A DNA stretch of 64,000 nucleotides from a virus (lineage: Duplodnaviria; Caudoviricetes), in the IMG/VR virus record IMGVR_UViG_3300043409_000415, positions 830 to 64,829 of that record. One strand, written 5' to 3'. The position numbers and the translations under genes are program-made. The notes beneath the pieces are model-generated. The model made no database searches. It saw nothing but the letters and a program-made list of their open reading frames with translations, and was not told where the DNA came from. Below are positions 61,316 through 64,000 of the stretch, in pieces (positions within the stretch are counted from its first letter, which is position 1; every line of letters begins with the position of its first letter).

Positions 61316-63106
61316 TCATGCGGCGAGCTTAATATGTTTAAAAATCATATTGCCCAGGTCGTCGAGGGTATTAACCCGGACAGATTGCGGATAAACATGG
61401 GAAACCGTGTGCAGAATCCCGACACCTATCGTCGTGATCCCTAAGCGCGCACCAGACTCGACCTGAGCGATAGCAGCCTGTACATCGCCATCGCCATCGG
61501 TCAGAGCAAAACAAACCCGCCTGCGGGCACTGTGACGCAACAGCAGCCCATGCGCGTGACTTAGCGCCATCGCGTCATTAGTCCCCCCATATACGTCAAC
61601 CCTGGGCAATAAGCCAATCGCTTTGCGAGCCGTCATCCCCCAGGGTTTAATGATTGATATTTCATCAGCGAATGCGGTGACGCATACATCAACCCCTGCT
61701 GCGGTTAATGTTTCCACCAGCGCAGCGCAGGCAGGTATCGCATAAGTAATCTTAGAATTCCGATTCATTGAAGTACTAAGGTCTAGCATAATTACCACCG
61801 CAGAATCAATACCTTCAGTATCAAGTCTGCGCATAAAAACTTTATCGTTACCTGCGGCAATAGTTTGAAGACGGCCGGTATCTAATGACCCGGCTCGCTT
61901 TCCGCGCTGATATTCGCTCGTCCCGCTATTGTCGAATAGCCGTTTAACCTCGGCCCGTAGTTTTGCTGACATATTGCAATCAGTAGAATATCGCTGACTG
62001 CTGCGCTCATCCTTTAAATGTTTCCCATCGGCCAATATTGCACTGGGGTCGAGCGGTGAACCGCTTTGCGCCTCGCCTGGATTAGTTTGCGGCTCGACTG
62101 GGCGCGATTGTTGACTGCGATCCGGACACCGCCGCGCAGCAGCGTCAGGGGCCCGGTCGATAGGGTCCCCATGCCCGTTACCCTGGCCCTCGCCTTCGCT
62201 TGGTTCGCCCTCGCCGGGTTGACCCTCGCCAGAGCCACCAGCATCGCCCTGCGGGCCCTCGTCGCCCTCGCCTGGGCCCTCGCCCTGGCCTTCGCCCTCG
62301 CCTGGGCCATCTTCGCCCTCGCCTGGGCCCTCGCCCTGGCCTTCGCCTTCGCCTTCGCCGGGTTGACCTTCGCCCTCGCCTTCGCTTGGTTCGCCTTCGC
62401 CGGGTTCACCGGGTTCGCCGGGTTGGCCCTCGTCGCCCTTGTCATCGGGTTTATCTTGCGGTTTATTCTCGGGCTTATTCTCGGGTAATTGCAATTGAGA
62501 CAACACCCATTCCGCGACTGCAAGGGTATCTTGACTATTATTGCAAGTATCAATGCGGATTGAAGCTTCCGCAAATATCCCCTTTAAACCATTTGCAAGG
62601 GGGACAGGGGGTGCATATCGCCTGCCGCATACTGCAAGCGCAAACGGGTATTGAGCCGGGTCAGACCAATCATCAACAGAATCAAGCGCTTCGATTACCA
62701 TGCCACCAATTAACTCAGTCAAAACTGAGGTTATATTGCCCAGTAATCCAGAGTTAATACCCTGCCGCTCGATCCATATATCTTCAACGGCATTATGTAA
62801 TCTGGCAATATAACCGCCTCCGAGCCCGACAGTAAAGTCGGTATACTTGCGGTGAAGCAATTCGTGGATTACAAACCCGACAAACTTAACCAACAGCGCC
62901 CGATTAATCCGCGCATCATCGATGACATTAGTCAGGAAAATCGAGCCGCTGGAATTAATCGCAGCGGTTGATATTCCCGAGGTCCAAGTAACCGAGATTT
63001 TGCCCAAGCCCAAAGCGGCAGAGCTATGATGGGCAAATGACTCAATACCGGCCCTTAATTCCCATCCGAGAATATTAGAACGGGTCAACAGTTTATCTAA
63101 ATTCAT
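61316..63106 (-). CDS. vWA-domain protein with N-terminal HExxH domain (CobT-like)
   Basis: IHELLH...NAVEDIWIE; acidic G/E linker; MIDAS LDLSTSM, GGTND, LTDGDG. Confidence 0.85.
   Translation of the reverse strand: MNLDKLLTRSNILGWELRAGIESFAHHSSAALGLGKISVTWTSGISTAAINSSGSIFLTNVIDDARINRALLVKFVGFVIHELLHRKYTDFTVGLGGGYIARLHNAVEDIWIERQGINSGLLGNITSVLTELIGGMVIEALDSVDDWSDPAQYPFALAVCGRRYAPPVPLANGLKGIFAEASIRIDTCNNSQDTLAVAEWVLSQLQLPENKPENKPQDKPDDKGDEGQPGEPGEPGEGEPSEGEGEGQPGEGEGEGQGEGPGEGEDGPGEGEGQGEGPGEGDEGPQGDAGGSGEGQPGEGEPSEGEGQGNGHGDPIDRAPDAAARRCPDRSQQSRPVEPQTNPGEAQSGSPLDPSAILADGKHLKDERSSQRYSTDCNMSAKLRAEVKRLFDNSGTSEYQRGKRAGSLDTGRLQTIAAGNDKVFMRRLDTEGIDSAVVIMLDLSTSMNRNSKITYAIPACAALVETLTAAGVDVCVTAFADEISIIKPWGMTARKAIGLLPRVDVYGGTNDAMALSHAHGLLLRHSARRRVCFALTDGDGDVQAAIAQVESGARLGITTIGVGILHTVSHVYPQSVRVNTLDDLGNMIFKHIKLAA
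62180..62485 (-). repeat. Low-complexity coding repeats (GEGE/GQPG/GEPS and KPEN)
   Basis: Reiterated cc[ct]tcgcc units; ccctcgcctgggccctcgccctggccttcgcc occurs twice. Confidence 0.85.
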
Positions 63107-63116
63107 TTTATTCCCC

Positions 63117-64000
63117 TTAAATCAAGTTTTTAATGACCGACTCGTCAATCGTCGCGAGCCGCACCGCCTCAAGCGCCACCTGCCCTTCAATGGGTTGACG
63201 CGCAGCTATACAGCTTGCCCAGGCTTGCAATGGACTCATAAGGGCCAGGGCCCGTATATAAGCGATCACGCAGCGAATGCTAGGCGCGTCAACAATATCG
63301 CCGGTCTCGACCTGGGCCCGCAATATCCTGACTGAACTAATAACATGCTTCGCAAGCGCAGGATTACAGCCGGTGTGGTTTACCACCGCCTGAATTTCCT
63401 GTTCCAACGGCAGATAATCGAATTTCATACTAGCGCTAAATCGCTCGCCAAATGCGCTATTCTGAGTTTGGGTTCCGGCATATCTATTAGAATCATCTCC
63501 ATTGCCCATTGTATTATCTGCGGCGATAATAATAACCCCCTGCGCTTTGCGCCAAACATGCCCGCCGATATTAACCGCCGCTTGGGGCTCAAGTAACCCA
63601 TTTAAAGGGGCTAAACAGCCCGGTGATGAATTACTAACCTCGTCAAGTAATATAACGCACCCAGGGGTGGTGTATGCCGATAGAAAATCCTGCGGTTGGA
63701 ATTGGGTATCCCCATTTAATATACCTGTTCCACCGAGATAATCGCTGGGTTCGGTATACTTGTGAAAGTTAATCCTAACGAATTTGCGCCCAGTGCGAGC
63801 CGCAAACTGCTGGGCAGATACCGTCTTGCCCGTGCCCTTGGGACCCCCAAACCAAAGGTTTAGGTTATTACGCTCGGCATATGCTAAATGTAATAATACT
63901 TCAGTGGTCCAGATAAAATTATTATCTATTGCGGGTGACTCGCCGTGATCCCACACCGCAAACTCTACTGGTCTCGCCTTTGGGTCATTTAAAGCAACGC
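63117..64000 (-). CDS. MoxR/CbbQ/CobS-like AAA+ ATPase, partial (5' end beyond window)
   Basis: Walker A GPKGTGKT, Walker B ILLDEV, AADNTMGNGD, ERF; frame stays open to 64000. Confidence 0.85.
   Translation of the reverse strand, partial: VALNDPKARPVEFAVWDHGESPAIDNNFIWTTEVLLHLAYAERNNLNLWFGGPKGTGKTVSAQQFAARTGRKFVRINFHKYTEPSDYLGGTGILNGDTQFQPQDFLSAYTTPGCVILLDEVSNSSPGCLAPLNGLLEPQAAVNIGGHVWRKAQGVIIIAADNTMGNGDDSNRYAGTQTQNSAFGERFSASMKFDYLPLEQEIQAVVNHTGCNPALAKHVISSVRILRAQVETGDIVDAPSIRCVIAYIRALALMSPLQAWASCIAARQPIEGQVALEAVRLATIDESVIKNLI

Noticed and set aside
62014-62757. Arg-rich and Ala/Leu-rich ORFs (62014-62574, 62066-62488, 62200-62757)
   Set aside because: Alternative frames of the GEGE repeat linker in the vWA gene

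Overview
The window is most of the genome of a tailed dsDNA phage with podovirus-like head and tail genes, probably infecting a freshwater proteobacterium (inferred from gene content and a beta/gamma-type SOS box). Both window edges cut genes of the same minus-strand cluster, so the genome is probably slightly longer than 64 kb and circularly permuted. The + strand (1.0-46.8 kb) carries terS, a LexA-like HTH protein, terL, portal, GroES, scaffold, capsid, small basic virion proteins, tail and receptor-binding proteins, ejection proteins and a 3007-aa polyvalent protein. The - strand (46.8-56.2 kb) carries tRNA-Leu(TAA), many small ORFs, holin, lysozyme, Sak and a Cas4-like exonuclease. Next come rusA and a T7/Twinkle-type primase-helicase on + (56.2-59.9 kb), then a - strand cluster with a vWA/AAA+ (CobT/CobS-like) pair. 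I recognised no DNA polymerase, integrase, reverse transcriptase or CRISPR array. The most notable signals are: (1) the giant protein is an in-frame cassette array of four ADP-ribosyltransferase-like modules and a metallopeptidase, delimited by a recurring [KR][FYL]SL[RK] motif; (2) phased DnaA boxes and an SOS box sit on the terS promoter; (3) a shared xAxGG motif runs through many virion proteins; (4) the palindrome TTTAAA (often CNTTTAAANG) is strongly enriched in the right arm; (5) two promoter-proximal structured RNAs are present. All calls come from manual motif reading; no database searches were run.
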